DNA of 64,000 nt from Hypanus sabinus. Taxonomy: Eukaryota. The position numbers were made by a program, and so were the translations under genes. Below, one piece after another: positions 14,169-28,600 of the stretch (its first letter is position 1; each line of letters opens with the position of its first letter). The notes beneath the pieces are model-generated. The model had not been told where the DNA came from, ran no database searches, and worked only from the letters and a program-made list of their open reading frames with translations. The stretch spans positions 4,216,001 through 4,280,000 of the forward strand of contig NC_082717.1 of the NCBI RefSeq assembly GCF_030144855.1, given 5' to 3'.

Positions 14169-15900
14169 GTGAGGAGGGGATGGATAGGAGCTATGCTATG
14201 TAGTCACACTGTGGGTGGGGAGACAGAGAAGTGGGTAACAGTCAGAAGAGGGAAGGAAAGGAGTCAGAGGCTAGAGAGCACCACTGTGGTTGTATCCCTT
14301 GACAGTAAGTACTCCTGTTTGAGTACTATTTGGGGAGATGGCCTACCCAGGGGAAGCAACAGTGGTAGTGCCTCTGCCACAGAGTCTGGCCCTGTGGCTC
14401 AGAAGGGTAGGGGAAGGAAGAGGGTGGCAGCAGTGATAGGGGACTCTATAGTTAGGGGGTCAGACATGCAATTCTGTGAATGCAGAAAAGAAACACAGAT
14501 GGTAGTTTGACTCCCAGGTGCCGGGGTCTAGGATGTTTCTGATCGTGTACATGATTTCATGAAGTGGGAGGGAGAACAGCCAGAGGTTGTGGTACATATT
14601 GGTCCCAACAACATAGGCAGGAATAGGGAGGGGTCCTGAAAGCAGACTACAGGGTGTTAGGAAGGCAGTTGAGAAGCAGGACCACAAAGGTAGTAATCTC
14701 AGGATTACTGCCTGTGTCACGTGACAGTGAGTATAGGAATAGAGTGTGGATAAGGGATTGGAGCAGGGTGCAGGGATTCAGATTTCTGGATCATTGGGAC
14801 CTCTTTTAGGGCAGGTGTGACCTGTACAAAAAGGACCAATATCCTGGCGGAGAGGTTTGCAAAGGCTACTAGGGAGAGTTTAAACTAGAATTGTTGGGGA
14901 GTGGGAACCAAACTGAAGAGACGGATGAAGAAATGGATGGCTCACAAATATTGAAAGCTGGGAGACAGTGCGAGAGGGAGGATAGGCAGGTGATCGAGAA
15001 GGGACATGCTCAGACCGATGGTTTGAAATGTGTTTATTTTAATGCAAGGAGTATTATTAACAAAGTGGATGAGGTTAGAGTGCAGATCAGTACTTGGAGC
15101 TTTGATGTTGTGGCCATTTCAGAGACTTGGATGGCTCAGGAGCAGAAATGGTTACTTCGAATGCCAGGCTTTAGATATTTCAGAGGAGGGAGGGAGGGAG
15201 GCAAAGGAGGTGGGTGTGTGACACTGTTGATCAGAGATAGTGTCACAGCAGCAGAAAAGGAGGAAGACATGGGGGGATTGTCTTCTGAGTCTCTGTGGGT
15301 GGAAATTAAGACCAGGAAGGGGTCAAGAGCTCTACTGGGTGTTTCTTATAGACCACCCAATAGTAACCGGGACATCGAGGAGCAGATAGTGAGACAGATT
15401 CTGGAAAGGTGTCATAATAACAAGGTTGTCATAGTAGGAGATTTTATTTTCCCAAATATTGATTGGCATGTCCCTAGAGAAAGGGGTTTAGATGTGGTGG
15501 AGTTTGTTAGGTGTGTTCAGGAAGGTTTCCTGACAAAATATGTAGATAAGCCTAGAAGAATTCAGACTGCACTTGATCTGGTACTGGGAACTGAAGCTGG
15601 TCAGGTATCAGATCGATCAGTGGGAAAGTGGTTTTGTACAGGATCTATCCTCTGGTGGGGTCGCTAAGACCAGAGGACATGCCTCAGAATAGAGTGGCGT
15701 CCTTTTAGAACAGAGGTGAGGAGGAATTTCTCCAGCCAGAGAGAGGTGATTCAGTGGAATTCTTTTCCACAGGCAGCTTTGGAGGCCAAGAAATTGTGTA
15801 TATTTAAGGGAGAGGACGATAGATTCTTGATTAGTCAGGGCATGAAGGGATACCGGGTGAAGGCAGGAATTTGAGGATGAGGGAACCCATGGCTCAGCCA
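14169..15900 (+). mobile_element. Internally deleted CR1: ORF1 esterase-like domain, endonuclease and 3' end
   Basis: VIGDSIVRG and VVVHIG.N (ORF1), then LKCVYFNARSI, VAISETW and VIVGDF.FPNIDW (APE), then the CR1 3' end (RNFSSQR..WNSFP). Confidence 0.8.
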
Positions 15901-15929
15901 ATATCCACTGCTGAACTTTGAGTAGGTTG

Positions 15930-17115
15930 TTACTTGCGCAATCAATGCACTCATTCCCCTCAACACCTCCCTGTGCAGTTACCCATAAGAAACAAACAGA
16001 TAACCCAATACTTTGTACATGAAATAACGTTTGATGAGTTTCCGATAGTAAATCTGACCTACTGTTGGAATGACCTGTTTTAATTCTTATCAAAACTGAA
16101 AAGGATTCTGAACAAATTACAGCTTTACATGCACCAATTTCTCAAGCTACTGTAAGCACAAAATGATGGCAGCCAATCCTGTTGTATATATTCTGATAAA
16201 TGGTTAGAAGGTCATTCCTTTATCGTTACCTATAATCCAGGCACAAAAACAGCCAAAGCAACATTCCCAGTTAAATTATCTTTTAGTCCATCTGTAAAAA
16301 TGGTTAACATATCATTATAAGTATCCTTAATATATTGATGAACCAACAGTCTTTCAGGCAAAAACGGAATCCTTCGACTTTATTAAATTGTGTACGTCAC
16401 GGTGCCGATCATTAATTCTTTATTTTCTCCTCATTTCCTTTGATTGTGCCATGATTCTGACCATTAATTTCTCATTTGCTCCTAATTCCCTATTGATGAC
16501 GGCACAACTCGTTTCCATCAAGAATTCCAGCATAAGTACCTCGGCATTACAATCACTAGTTGCCAGATCATTGGTTTTCCCTGTGTGGAAATTAACGTTT
16601 TCTGGCCACTTAGGATCATGTGTTCTAAGTTTTGCTCCAGTTTCGAGGTTTACCTGTGAAAATCCGCCTCTCCGTGTCAAGCTCTCTCCTGTTTTCTGTT
16701 CAACATTCACACCCGCGTAAGCATCCTAACTCGAGTTCTTTGTCTGCATCCTGTGTTTGGGTTCGCTCCATTCCATAGCAACAGCGAAACCTAAAATCAA
16801 CTAAAGTCATTGTGGAAAAAGCCTTATTGTGAAGCTGCAGGAGGACATAATGTGTAATCCCCTCTTTGCTGTCAGTGGATGGCACCAGGGTGAAGCCGCT
16901 GATTGGTCACGTCTGCAATGGGCGGATTTGGGTGGCATTTGGGTGTGGGGAGTGGGGTTTCATTTTAAATACCGTCCCGAAGCTTCACACTGATAGTACT
17001 GGGTGACTTAAAGGGGGGCAAAATCAATAAGTAGACACAGGTCTGTCAGGGGGCAGGTATGGTAGTCACAGTGTTTCATTGGTCAGAATGGTGCCCTGGG
17101 CCCAGTCAGTGATGG
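15930..17115 (-). mobile_element. Deleted RNase H-containing non-LTR element (I/Nimb-like), copy 1
   Basis: Degenerate IFTDG..KD, IICSDSFSVL and W.TAQGGVEGNE RNase H motifs. Inverted homologue of 46925-47700. Confidence 0.6.
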
Positions 17116-17159
17116 TAGGTGAGAGCAAGTGTTCGGCTAGAAGGGCCGAGGCGAGGTTC

Positions 17160-17870
17160 AACCCAGATAAGTGTGAGGTGGTTCATTCTGGTTGGTCAAA
17201 AATGATGGCAGAATATAGTATTAATGGTAAGAATTTTGGCAGTGTGGATGATCAGAGGGATCTTGGAGTCCGAGTCCATAGGAAACTCAACTCTGCTACA
17301 CAGGTTAACTCTGTGGTTAAGAAGGCATACTGTACATTAGCCTTCATCAATCATGGGATTGAGTTTAAGAGCCGAGAGGGATTTTGCAACTATATAGGAT
17401 CCCGGTCAGACCCCACTTGGAGTATTGTGCTCAATTTTGGTTGTCTCTCTACAGGAAGGATGTGGAAACCATAGAGAGGGTTCAAAGGAGATTTACAAGG
17501 ATGTTGCCTGGATTGGAGAGCATGCCTTATGAGAACAGGTTGAGCGAAATTGGCCTTTATTCCTTGGAGCAACGGAGGGTGAGAGGTGGCCTGATAGATG
17601 AGTATGAGGTAATGAGAGGCATTGATCATGTGGAGGCTTTTCCCCAGGGCTGAAATGGTTAGCACGAGAGGGCATTATTTTAAGGTGCTTGAAGTAGGTA
17701 TAGAGGAGACGTCAGGGTTAAGTTTTTTATGCAGAGAGTGGTGCGTGCATGGAATGGGCTGCTGGTGGCGGAAATGATAGAGTCTTTTAAGAGACTCCTG
17801 GATGGATACATGGAGCTTAGAAAAATAGAGGGCTAGGGGTAAAGCTTATGTCGTTCTAAGGTAGGGACAT
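17160..17870 (+). mobile_element. CR1 RT C-terminus and 3' end
   Basis: FNPDKCEVVH, VRPHLEYCAQFW, ERVQRRFTRMLPG. Confidence 0.8.
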
Positions 17871-18517
17871 ATTTGGCACAGCTTTGGGGAACAAAGAGCC
17901 TGAATTATGCTGTAGAGTTTCTATGATTATGTTTGATGGCTATCTGGAGAAGATGGATTTCAGGGTTGTATATGGATACATGCTTTGATAATAAGTGAAT
18001 ATCTGAACCTTTGTATTTTCCATTGCTGACCATTCCTTCAGGTAAGAGCTGGCTGTGAAACCTTGTATCGGTATGATCCCTTTACGTTTACTCCTGTATT
18101 CAACCCCGGGAGATCTCTGAACCATCAGGATGACTGCAGAAACACAAGAGGTCTAGTCACCACCACCTTTTCACAGACAATTGAACACTGATGAACACAG
18201 CACAGGGACAAGCCATGCTGTTCACCGTGATACCAAATTGAACAACTCTCATTCTGCTGAACTGCTTCTCAACCCTTTCCAAACCTCCACCTCCCTCCCA
18301 TAACGTGGTCACCAGAAATCCAACTGGCCATCAGCAGGGGAATGGAGGGTCACTGAGCCTGGGCAGAATAACAGTCCATCATGGACTGGATGGGCCAAAG
18401 GGCCAGAGTACTCTGTGACTCCCTGGGGTCCTGCTATTGACTGTAAATAGCAGAGCTGCACAACTGAGCATTCCAGTATCAAAATCCTATTGTTTAATTC
18501 ATAAATACACACAGAAT

Positions 18518-18523
18518 TTTATT
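18518..18523 (-). terminator. Candidate polyadenylation signal (AATAAA) of the receptor gene
   Basis: AATAAA on the minus strand ~1 kb after the stop, followed by a GT/T-rich stretch. A closer ATTAAA lies at 19489-19484. Neither is verified. Confidence 0.4.
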
Positions 18524-19519
18524 TCATTAAGGTAAGACACTTTGACAGTAATATGCATATTTGCAAGCAATTTGTACACAGCTTTTCTTGCTAAAATTAA
18601 TACGCTGCATTTTTATGGAATATAAATTGGGGGTGTAAACTCGTTATCTAAGAGCAGAATACATGCCTCATATGACAGCACTAACTGAGCTGATGAAGTC
18701 TCACCCACTTTCTTGTAGCATTGACAAGGTTTCACATTAAAGGAAATTGCAATATGTTCTGTCTTCTGTGAATGCAACTTCCCAACTGCCCTTACCCCCA
18801 AAATATGGGGTTTGTCTGTAATTAATTAACAAAATGTTCTGCAAAATTTGAAAATGATATCCATTTTCCTAGGTTCGTATATGTCGTATATTTCAAATAG
18901 CCTTTGATAACCAAGTCCAGCTTCTCATCTTCTCTTGCAGCTTAGATACTGAGCTCGGTGAAACCATTTCTACTGATAGGAGAAGGGGAAATGGCAATTT
19001 ACTGCCTCCTTAAAACCAGTCGCTTCAGGAAAATGTCAGCAGTACAGTGTGAAGGAAGACTCTGATCTCAAATTTCTGCTGGCTCATGGAGAGGGCATCG
19101 GGTGTAACCCTGATGAAAATCCAGATCTGGGGTCCCTAAAGCCACTACATTGAGCTCAACATGGGCAAGTAAAATGAGGTTAGATGGAAATTTTGGTCAA
19201 CCTGGACCAGATAGGCCAAATAATCTCTTTCCTTGCTGTTTGACTGTGAATTTGTGAAGGTGTTTAATCTCCTGCAGTTTCAGGGGAAAGCCCCTGGGGA
19301 TGGGAAAAAATGGGTGGGGAGAGATGGACAGACCAGGAAGTTGTAGACCCTGTGGAATGCAGAAAGGGGTGTGGAGGGGGGGACATGGTGATTGTAGGAT
19401 CATGTTGTAGTTGGTGGAAGTAGAGAGGTGTGACGTTCTGGAGTCCCGTGTGCTGATTTTTACCAGCAAGAAGCACACACTTATTTAATGACCTGCTGCT
19501 GCTGATGAATTATTTTTAG

Positions 19520-19636
19520 TCACTGGGTGCGTTTGATGACGGCATATTCGGTTGCTTCCTCGGTGACTTGTATTTTTGGAGCTGTCTTCTGCTGTTGGAA
19601 CTGAATATCAGCATAAAACATCTCTGATTGCTCGGA
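19520..19636 (-). CDS. Terminal coding exon with ITIM-like MFYADI and ITSM TEYAVI
   Basis: Acceptor ttcttctgttccag|TCC, phase 0. Encodes SEQSEMFYADIQFQQQKTAPKIQVTEEATEYAVIKRTQ-TGA. Confidence 0.9.
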   Translation of the reverse strand, partial: SEQSEMFYADIQFQQQKTAPKIQVTEEATEYAVIKRTQ

Positions 19637-22600
19637 CTGGAACAGAAGAACACAGACGTTTACAGTACTGAAACAAAAACCCCCTGGTTTATATCTGACC
19701 CATCCCCACAGGGCATTGCTACATTTGGCTACTAAAGACACGGTCTTTGTTGTAACCTCAGGGATCTTAGACACCAGAGATACTGACGATGCAATTAGTT
19801 TGAAGCAACACACAGAAAATGCAGACAAAGTTGAGGATCCCCACCACCATCCCATAATCACTATATCCCACTATCATCAGGAAGGAGGATCTTTTATTCA
19901 TGTATTGTTGATAACATTTGGTTTATGTGCTGTGTGATATATGTATTGTGGGTGACAGTGGTCCAGAAGAACAGTGTTTCGTCTGTTTGTATCCATGTAC
20001 AGTCAGATGACCATAAACTTGAACTTGAACTGAGTTCTGTTGAACGTTGTGGGCTGGTCAGGTTGGTGCCAAATATGTTGTGATATCTGCAGGCTGCCCC
20101 AGCACATCCTTGGGTGTGTTGGTTGTTAATGTATGATTTGATATACATTGATAAATAAATCTGAATGACATTTGCTAAATGTTTCCCTGCAAGGTTATGC
20201 CTCAGAATCGTTTGGCTCAGAACAGTTTACATGTGGAGTTTTTACAAAATTGAAATACAGTACAGAATAGGCCCCTCGACCGTGACACTCAGCAACCCAC
20301 CTATTTAACTCCAGCCTATCACAGGACAGGGGGAAATCAGAGTAGCCCGAGGAAACCCACACGGTCACAGGCAGAACACTCAGACTCCTGAAGTGGTGGG
20401 AATTGAACCCGTGTTTCTTGTACTGTAAGATGTTTTGTTAACCACAGAAAGAGATGGACTCTTGATAAGCAAAGGGAAGAAAAGTTACTGGAGGAGATGG
20501 GATCATGGAGTTGCAGTTACAATTGAACCACCGTGACTTTAATAAACAACAGGGCAGGTCTGAGGGTAAATTGTTAAATTGGTTTATCATTGCCACATGT
20601 ACTGAAGTAGAGTGAAGTACATACACACTGTTCACACAGATCAAATCATTACCATAGTGCACTGAGGTAGGACAAAATTAACCAATAACTGAGGGCAGAA
20701 TAAAGTGTGACGGTCACAGAGAGAGTGCAGTGCAGACAGACAATAGGGTAGAAGGTCATAACGAGGTAGATTGTGAGTCAAGGGTCTTATCCTACAGGGG
20801 ATCCTTTCAAGATTCAAAATTGTTCAACATCATATGATAAAGTAGTGGTTGGGAGTATGGAGTGGTGGGTTAGTGGGTGGACTTGATCAGTCTTTCTGCT
20901 TGGGGAAAGTAACTATTTTTGAGTCTGGTGGTCCTGGTGTGGATGCTACAGGAACAAACAGTCCATAAACTGTCCATAAAGGGTGGGCGGGATCTTTCAT
21001 GATGTAACTGGCCCTGTTCCAGCACCATTCTGTATCTATGTCCTTGATGGAGGGCAGCTGGTGCTGGTGATGTGTTGGACAGTTTGGACTGTCTGTTGTA
21101 GATCTTTCCTGTCCACAGCAGTGCAGTTTCTGTACCGTGCGGTGATGCAGTTTGTTAGGATGCCCCCTACTGTACATCTGTAGAATGACATGAATATGGA
21201 TGTGCAAAGTCCAGCTCTCTTCAGCCTCCTCAGAAAGTAGAGGTGAAATAGGCGAGTAGAGGAGAGTAGAAATAGTCTTATAACAGCGGGGCAGAAGGAC
21301 CTGTTCCTACTGCTAATTCATATTAGTGTCTAAATAAAAGGTTAAAGAGGAAGTAATGGTGTTTATTTAACAGACTTTCACTACTTGATTTATTAAGAAG
21401 TAAAAGTGTTCTTGGAAAACGTTCGTCAATGTTATATTGAAGAAGTTTACATACCGCAGTAACATTTGTGGCTGCCTGTGTATCTACCTCAGTTTCAGCT
21501 GAAATAAAATGAGAATTTGTATGAGAGTTACGACACACGAGTGATAATTGAACTGAAATCACATTGTGATGAAAAATCTTCTATTCACCCTTATCAAGAG
21601 CATTCACTGTGATTCAACGTTGTGAAACAATAAAGCACAAAAACTTCCAAGAAGGGGTGAATACTTTTTATAGACTCTGTAATAGAGCAAAAATTAGTGG
21701 GAAGTTGGAGGATTGGGAAGCTTTTAAATACCAGCAGAGGCAACTAAAACGATCAGTAAGAAGGTAAAGATGGAATATGAAAGTAAGCTAGCCAATAATA
21801 TTAAAGAGGATACTAAAAGTTTGTTTAGACACATAAAGTGTAAAAATAAAGATGTTTAAGTGGATGTCTGATGCTGGAAAATGATGCTACAGAGGTGGTA
21901 ATGGGGGACAAGGAAATGACGGATGAACTGAATTAGTATGTAACGCCCTTGGAAGGGGTTCACTGGGAATGTAAAGTTTGTTCTGCAGCAGCAGTGTTTG
22001 GGTTGTGTCGAGAGATAACGGGGGCCTTGGAATGTGTGCCGTTCAATGAAGTGAGCTTTTCTCTCATTGTGTGCCTACGAGCAAGTGATTCAAGGTCTTT
22101 TGTTTGGCAGAAGATGAAGAGGGAAGATGCCTGAAAGGGGTGGATGGAGTGGGGCAGGGATTTGCTGAAATGCGGGGGATATCGATGAAGGGCCACCGGA
22201 AGGAAAGCTGTGAGCTTCAATGTGTGCATTAGGCAGTTTCACTAAAATGGGCCCTTTTTTGTTTATCTTTACTAACTCTCTGGTCAGATGAAGAATTATA
22301 AAGCTAAATTGTTTAATTACATATAGTGTACTGTTCTTATTTCTTGGTACTGATTAGTAACAGGATAACACATCACACACCATCCACACAAACGAGAGGT
22401 TTTACACCTCAGACTTCACACGTTTGGCAGGGCCAGAGACTCTCTTCCCTAGATTCCTGTTATCTCCAGTCATAACCCAAACACTGCTGCTACAGAACAA
22501 CCATTACATTAGCAGTGAAACCTTTCCCAGTGCATTACAAGTATTTTGCATCAGCCTTCACTGTGGAAGGCACCAGCAGTATGGTGGATGTTCCAGGTGT

Positions 22601-25600
22601 CAGGAGACATGAAGTGTCAGAAGTTAGCAGAACTAGAAGGAATGTTCTTGGGAAATTGAACAGTCTGAAAGTAGATAAGTCACCGGGACCTGATAGTCTA
22701 TACCCTGACGTTCTGAAAAATGTGGCTGAAAAGACCATGGAGGCATCAGTGATGTTCTTTCAAGAATCATTTAATTCTGGAATTAAATTAAATTTTCCAG
22801 AAGACTGGAAAATTGAGAATGTCACTCCAATCTTCACGAAGAGGGAAATGTAGAAGAAAGGGAGCTATAGTCCAGTTAGTCTGACATCAGTGGTTGTAAA
22901 GATGTTGGATTGTTGAAGATGTGGTTTTGGGGTACTTGGAGGCAGATGATAAAAATAGGCCATAGTCAACAGGAGAAGTGAAGTTTATTGTCATTTCGAC
23001 CATAAACTGCTGGTACAGTACACAATAAAAATGAAACAACTTTCCTCCAGGACCATGGTGCTACATGAAACAGTACAAAAACTACACTAGACTATATGAG
23101 ACAGCACAAAGCTACACTAGACTACATTAAATAACATTAAAAACTGCACTAGACTACAGACATGCTTGGGACTACATAAAGTGCACAAAACAGTGCAGGG
23201 CAGTACAATAATTAATAAACAAGACAATAGGCACAGTAGAGGACAAATTACAATATACTAAATGACGTAGATGTCAGTCTAGACTCTGGGTATTGAGGAG
23301 TCTGATGAGTTAGAAACTGTTGCATAGTCTGGTCATGAAAGCCTGAATACTTCAGTACCTTTTGCCAGATGGCAGGAGGGAAAAGAATTTGTGTGAGGGT
23401 TACGTGGGGTCCTTCACAAGACTGTTAGCTTTGCGGGTGCAGCGTGTGGTATAAATGCCTGAAATAGCGGGAAGAGAGACACATATGGTTTCCTCAAAGG
23501 AAAATCTTACCTGACAAATCTGTTGAAATTCTTTGAAGAAATAGCAAGTAGGATAGAAAAATCTGTGGTAGATGCTGTGTACTTTGATTTTCAGAAGGCC
23601 TTTGACAAAGTGCCACAAATGAGGATACTTAACAAGCTGTGAGCCCATGGAATTACAGAAAATATTCTTGCATGGATAAAACAATGGCTGATTGGCAGAG
23701 GCAAAGAGTGGGAATAAAGGGAGCCTTTTCTGCTTGGCTGCTGATAACCCGTGGTTTTCCACAGGGGTCTGTGTTGGGACCGATTCTTTTTATGTTACAT
23801 ATCAATGATATGGATGATGGAATTTATGGCTTCCTTGCAACATTAGCAGTTGAAACAATGATAGGTGGAAAGGTAGGTTGTTTTGAGGAAGTAGAGAGAA
23901 TACAGTAGGACTTTGACAGATTGGGAAAATGGGCAAAGAAATGGCAGGTGGAATAAAGTGTTGGGAGTGTATGGTCACGCACTTTGGTAGAAGGAATTAA
24001 AGAGTTGAGTAGTTTCTAAATGGAGAGAAAATACAAAAATCTGAGGTGTAAAAGGACTTGTGAGTCCTTGTGCAGGATTCCCTAAAGGTTAATTTGTCTG
24101 TGGTGAGGAAGGCAAATGTGATGTTAGCATTCATTTCAAAAAGAGTAGAATATAAAAGTAAGGATGCAGAGTTGAAACTTTATAAAACACTTGAGAGTAT
24201 TGTGAACAGGTTTGGGCCCGTCGTCTTAGAAAGAATGTTCTGAAACTGGAAAGGGTTTGTGTTGCCTTTATGGCAGTTATTTAGTTTATAATATTTTCGC
24301 TTAGTAATTCATTTGTTAGCATTCTAGTTAAAGTTAGGATTGTTTAAAGTTGTCTGTGAGATATCGTGGCATGTGATGACATCACATCCGGTTTTGCTGC
24401 GTCCTGTGGGAAAATACTGGTTTGGAGAAACGGGAAGGGGGGGGGGGTGGTGAGACATGTACGAGCGCAGCAAACAGCAACATTTTCTCTCTACACACCA
24501 GGAACATTGTGAAGGCAATGCTTTGAGTTATGAGATAATCGATACGTTGAATTAAAATGTTAACGCCGATCCTGTTAAAAGTAACGATGGTCGATAATGT
24601 TTATGCTTTCGTTAGTTAAAGAATTGCGGATAGTTTGCGTTGAAGTGTATTTAAAGCAGTCAATGGCGTAGGTAGATTCTGACTGTATGCTGCACTTTAA
24701 TGTAACGTAGTAGTTGTAGTTTTACTTTTGCAGGTATTTACGATGTAAATGTAATATCAAGAAGGAAACAAATGCTGTACAAATCTTGTATTGTTTTATC
24801 AACAGTTTTCACCAAACATCATTGTGGAAGAGTGAACAGTAAACAATTAATCTTACTGTGATCCTGTTGTCATTGACAAAGGTTTATCTTGGTGTTTAGT
24901 TTCGCGTTATCTTACACACCAAGCGAGAACACTACAGGGTTCAAAGGTGAATGACAAAAATGATTCCAGGATTAAACAGCTTGCTATATGAAGACTGTTT
25001 GATGGTTTTAGGCCTGTATTCACTGGAATTCAGAAGAGTAATTTAATTGAAACCAATAGAATTGTGTAAGGCCTTGATAGAGTGGATGTAGAGAGGATAT
25101 TTCCTATGGTTGGAATGTCTAAGACAAGAGGACACAGCCTCAGGATAACAGAGATGAGGAGGAATTTCTTCAGCTCGAGAGTTTTGAGTCTGTGGAATTC
25201 ATTGCCACAGGCAGCTGTAGAGGCCAAATCTTTATGTATGTTTGAGGCAGAGGAGGATAAATTCTTGATTGGTCAGGGTGTCAAGGGACACATGGAGAAG
25301 GTAGGAGATTGAGGTTGAGAGGAAAAATTAATCAGCTGTGATGAAATGGTGGAGCAAACTAAATGGACCAAATAGCCTAATTCTTTTTCTACATCTTAGT
25401 CTTTTGTTCTTATGGACTCTTTTCTTGTTTGGCTTGTGTGCAGCATCTTCTAGGCTAATGCTTCAGTGCAAAGCTGCTTTCAGTTGGCTTCTCCATAAGC
25501 TTTTCAATTGGGAGTAAAGGATTAATCAAAGAACTAACTGTATGTCCTTTAGTTTGCCATGATCACAGGTGTGACTTCAACCAAGGTCAAATGGATGAGA

Positions 25601-28600
25601 ATTTGAAAATCTTTACTCATGCAACCTTTTAGAATGGAGATGAGGAGATATTTCTTTAGCCGGAGAGTGGTGAACCTGTGGAATTTGTTGCTACTCATGG
25701 CTGTGGATACCAAGTTTTATGTATATTTATGGCAGAGATTGATAAGTTCTTGATTATTCAGTAGATGCCAAAGAGTGCTGAATGGGTGCAATTATTTGCC
25801 ACATGTGACGATGGAGGCCACGTCAGGAGATTAGGTGCTAAGAGGAAAATTAGATCAGCTATGATGAAGTGGCAGAGCAGACAGGACAGGTGAAGGGCAA
25901 ATAATCTTGTTGTATGTCCATTGGGTGCCTGAGACACCACAACCACAAACTGTTCCAGCTGTTCCCATCTGGGAAATAGCACTGCAGAGTAAAAGACAGG
26001 ACCAACAGGCTCCGGGACAGCTTTCCCTGTCAGGCCATCAGACTGATTAATTCATGCTGATACAACTGTATTTCTATGTTATATTGACTGTCCTGTTGTA
26101 CATACTATTTATTACAAATGGCTATAAGTTACACATTGCACATTTAGACAGAGACGTAACACAACATTTTTACTTCTCACGTATATGAAAGATGGAAGAA
26201 ATAAAATCAAATCATGAATAATGTAACTGACAGTAAAAAAGCTAACAGTATTGTAAAGAACCCCATGCACCCCTCATGCAAACTCTTCTATCTCCTGCCG
26301 TCTAGCAAAAGGTACCGAAGCATTCGGGATCTCATGACCAGACAGTCCAGACTGTGCAACAGTTTCTTCCCACAAGCTATCAGACTCCTCAATACTCAGA
26401 GTCTAGACTGACATCTACATCATTTATTATTATATTGTAATTTGTCCTCTACTGTGTCAATTGTCTTGTTTATTAATTATTGTACTGTCCTGCATTGTTT
26501 TGTGCACTTTATGTGGTCCTGTGCAGGTCTGTAGTCTAGTGCAGTTTTTTATGTTGTTTTTACATAGTCTAGTGTAGCCTTGTGCTGTCTCACATAGTCT
26601 AGTGTAGTTTTGTGTTGTTTCATGTAGCACTAGGGTCCTGGAGGAAGGTTGTTTCATTTTTACCGTGTACTATACCAACTGTTTATGGTTGAAATGACAA
26701 TAAACTTGACTTGACTAATCTTGCTTCAACTAATTTTAATCTATTTTTCTTTCACTATCATAGAGGGACGTCCCTTTAGAACAGAAATGAGGAGGTGTTT
26801 CTCAAATCAGAGAGTGGTGAATTTGTGAAATTCTTTGCCACAGGCAGCTATGGAAACCAAGTCTTTACTACATTTAAGGAAAAGGTTAATAGATTCTTGA
26901 TTAGTCAGGGCATGTTTGCTCCTGTATCTTATGATCTTATATTGTTAGTCTTGGTAAAATTCTGCTATTAATTTTGCACTAACATTAACCAACTTTAGAG
27001 AATGTGCATGAATGAGATTTTTTAAAGTTAGCTTAAGACTGGTGATATGTCAGTTAGTGTCAGTGCCCTGTAGCAGGCTGTCCTCTGATTTGATATTGAT
27101 TACTTACATTTGGATTGTTCGGATACAGAACCTGATTGGAATTGAGACCCTAACAGAGTAGAGATTTTCACTCCATTTTTATCTCTTGGTATGGTCTGCG
27201 TGCATGGGTATCAGTAACTTAGGACAAAGTTATGCTGAAATTTCTTTAATCTGGCTTGTGAATCTTTATCCTTCTCTATTTCAGAGGATGAGGAATGCTT
27301 ATTTGTCTGCATATATTAAAGAGAAGTGAAAAGGCAGGACTGGAATTGCCATTGAGGATGATGAAACAATTGACTACTCCCTTGTCCTGCATTGGGAACG
27401 ATTGTTGAACATAACTATAATGTGAAATAATTCCCAATATGAGCTCTGAAATGAACTTTTTACCTGTAACTGTTTCATACACTATGTTCCCATCTTCACT
27501 AGAGCATCTGGGGAAATGGAGAAGATAATGTTAGTGAATTAGTTATATGATAGATATTAATGTGTTAAAAACAATTTAACAACTTTATGAGAAATTAAAG
27601 TAGTCAGATTATCTTTTCCGGTATAATGAAGTTCTGTGAATGTAACAGTTGTCTGTTTCATATCGGTTTCAGTACTCCTGATGGAATTGGATTATTCTCA
27701 TCCTCAATATACGACACAGCAGGGTTGCCAGGATTAAGATAGGAATGGACTAGATGATTTCAGTAACACAGGATACTGCAGATTCAGGAAATCCAAGGTA
27801 ATACACACAAAATGTTGGAGGAACTCAGAAGGTCAGGAAGCATCCATGGAGAGGAATAAACCATTGAAATTTCAGGATGAGACTTCATCAGGACTGGAAA
27901 GGAAGGAGGAAGATGCCAGAATAAGAAGGTAGAGGACAAAGCAAAAAGTGGTTTCCATGTCCAGTTTCACTTTTGCAGATGAAAGTATCCTGGATTTGCT
28001 AATGCATAAACAGATGGTATCCATCAATAAGGACCCTCACCACTCAAATATCTCTCTGCTTGTTCCAACTTCCAGGGAGAATCAGACTTAGGTATAATAT
28101 CACTGGCATATGTCATGAAATTTGGTGTTTCATGGCAGCAGCACATTACAATACATATTAATAAACTATAAATTTCAATAAGTCTGTATATATACATATG
28201 TGTGTGTGTAAAATTAAATAAATAGTGCAAAAAGAGAAGCTAAAAAATAGTGAGGTAGTGTTCATGGGTTCACTGTCCATTCAGAGATCTGCTGGAGGAG
28301 CAGAAGAAACTTGACGATTCACTTACCTATCCAAACCTCTCTTAAACACTGAAATTGAGCATACATGTACCACTTGTTTTCGCTGATCATTCCACACTCT
28401 CACCACCCTTTGAGTGAAGAAGTTACCCCTCATGTTCTCCTTAAACATCACACCCTTCACACTAAACCCATGGCCTCTGGTTGTAGTCCCACCCAAACTC
28501 AGTGGAAAAGGGGCAATGCAAGCTGGCTTATCTATACCCTTCATAATTTTGTATTGTTATGTACCCCGTAACTGGGTTGCCAAACCAGCAGGAATGGAAC

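Noticed and set aside
19716-19937. Plus-strand ORF with HHH and a hydrophobic end
   Set aside because: Short intronic antisense ORF running into a LINE-tail repeat; no recognisable motif.
27620-27678. Additional cytoplasmic exon with VTFTEL (ITIM-like with Phe)
   Set aside because: An acceptor is present, but there is no suitable phase-2 donor before a stop.
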